Below are positions 23,562 through 24,000 of a stretch of 24,000 nucleotides of DNA, piece by piece (within the stretch, counting starts at the first letter, position 1; every line of letters begins with the position of its first letter). The stretch lies in the NCBI RefSeq assembly GCF_000166055.1, contig NC_014664.1:807927-831926 (forward strand), read 5' to 3'. The DNA comes from Rhodomicrobium vannielii ATCC 17100 (GTDB lineage Bacteria > Pseudomonadota > Alphaproteobacteria > Rhizobiales > Rhodomicrobiaceae). The notes under the pieces are model-generated. The model was given only the letters and a program-made list of their open reading frames with translations, was not told the origin of the DNA and ran no database searches. Made by a program: the position numbers and the translations under genes.

Positions 23562-24000
23562 CTACTCGCGCGCGGAGCCAACGATGAACACCACAAGGCT
23601 CTTCGGGCCGTGCGCGCCTTTGACGATGGTCTGCTCGATGTCGGCAGTGCGCGACGCGCCGCTGATGAGGTTCACCGTGCGCGGCATCACGCCCGCGCCG
23701 AGAACGCCCCGCAGCTTCGCCCAGCACTCCTCATACGACCCGAAGACGTCGCTGGCGTCGATCAGCACGAAATGATGCTCGGGCAGAAAGTTCAGCGTCG
23801 ACGGGTTGTCCGGCCCGGACGCGAGGAACAACGTGCCGGTTTCCGCCGCGCCCGCGAAGGCATGGCTGAGGCCCACGAGGTCGGTTGCCTCCGCCGCGCC
23901 GCCGAGGATTTCGAGCAGGCCCGGCTCGGCCTCGAACGTCCTGAAGAAGGGGTCGCCGCCAAGGCGCACGCGGCTCGGCAAATTGCGCTCGCGAAGCGCG
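23562..24000 (-). CDS. LUD-domain protein (LutC/YkgG-like), C-terminal part; the N-terminus lies off the right edge
   Basis: LISGASRTADIEQTIVKGAHGPKSLVVFIV and NFLPEHHFVLIDASDV are typical of LutC/YkgG as I recall it. The reading frame stays open upstream of the track's Met at 23981 to the window end. Confidence 0.75.
   Translation of the reverse strand, partial: ALRERNLPSRVRLGGDPFFRTFEAEPGLLEILGGAAEATDLVGLSHAFAGAAETGTLFLASGPDNPSTLNFLPEHHFVLIDASDVFGSYEECWAKLRGVLGAGVMPRTVNLISGASRTADIEQTIVKGAHGPKSLVVFIVGSARE

Noticed and set aside
1-24000. Mobile elements, prophage, CRISPR arrays and known defence systems
   Set aside because: I saw no integrase, transposase or recombinase motifs, no terminal inverted repeats flanking a gene block, no regularly spaced direct repeats, and no tRNA attachment site. 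The patatin protein is a lone lipoprotein with no cyclase or sensor partner, so it does not look like a CBASS-type effector.

Overview
High-GC bacterial chromosomal window, probably alphaproteobacterial. That assignment is inferred from gene content and synteny; no database search was possible. I support about 21 protein genes. Many long ORFs in the supplied track are antisense 'shadow' ORFs typical of high-GC DNA and are rejected. Positions 1-15.3 kb are core housekeeping: kup (partial, runs off the left edge), an exported 640-aa unknown, a bchJ-like + hemN pair behind a perfect FNR/FixK box, a GFA-family protein, thpR, an alpha/beta hydrolase, and the conserved minus-strand block glyA-nrdR-ribD-ribE-ribB(X)-ribH-nusB-thiL with several ATGA stop/start overlaps. 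Positions 15.3-23.2 kb are the least ordinary. They hold an orphan 522-aa polytopic membrane protein, a 0.5-kb AT-rich control region, and a run of exported or envelope-directed proteins: an RlpA-like DPBB protein, a K/E-rich 130-aa secreted protein, a DRGH-type non-specific nuclease ATGA-coupled to an 84-aa cytoplasmic ORF, a 435-aa protein with transglycosylase-like motifs, and a patatin-like lipoprotein preceded by a 75-bp interrupted inverted repeat. A partial LutC/LUD-domain gene exits the right edge. No rRNA, tRNA, CRISPR array, integrase, transposase or IS ends were seen. I did not find an unambiguous new multi-gene system. The best candidates for follow-up are the nuclease/84-aa ORF pair (possible nuclease-inhibitor module), the BchJ-like/HemN coupling under FNR control, the exported-hydrolase cluster as a whole, and the long hairpin in front of the patatin gene. 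All functional calls rest on motifs I recognise by eye and need HMM/BLAST confirmation.
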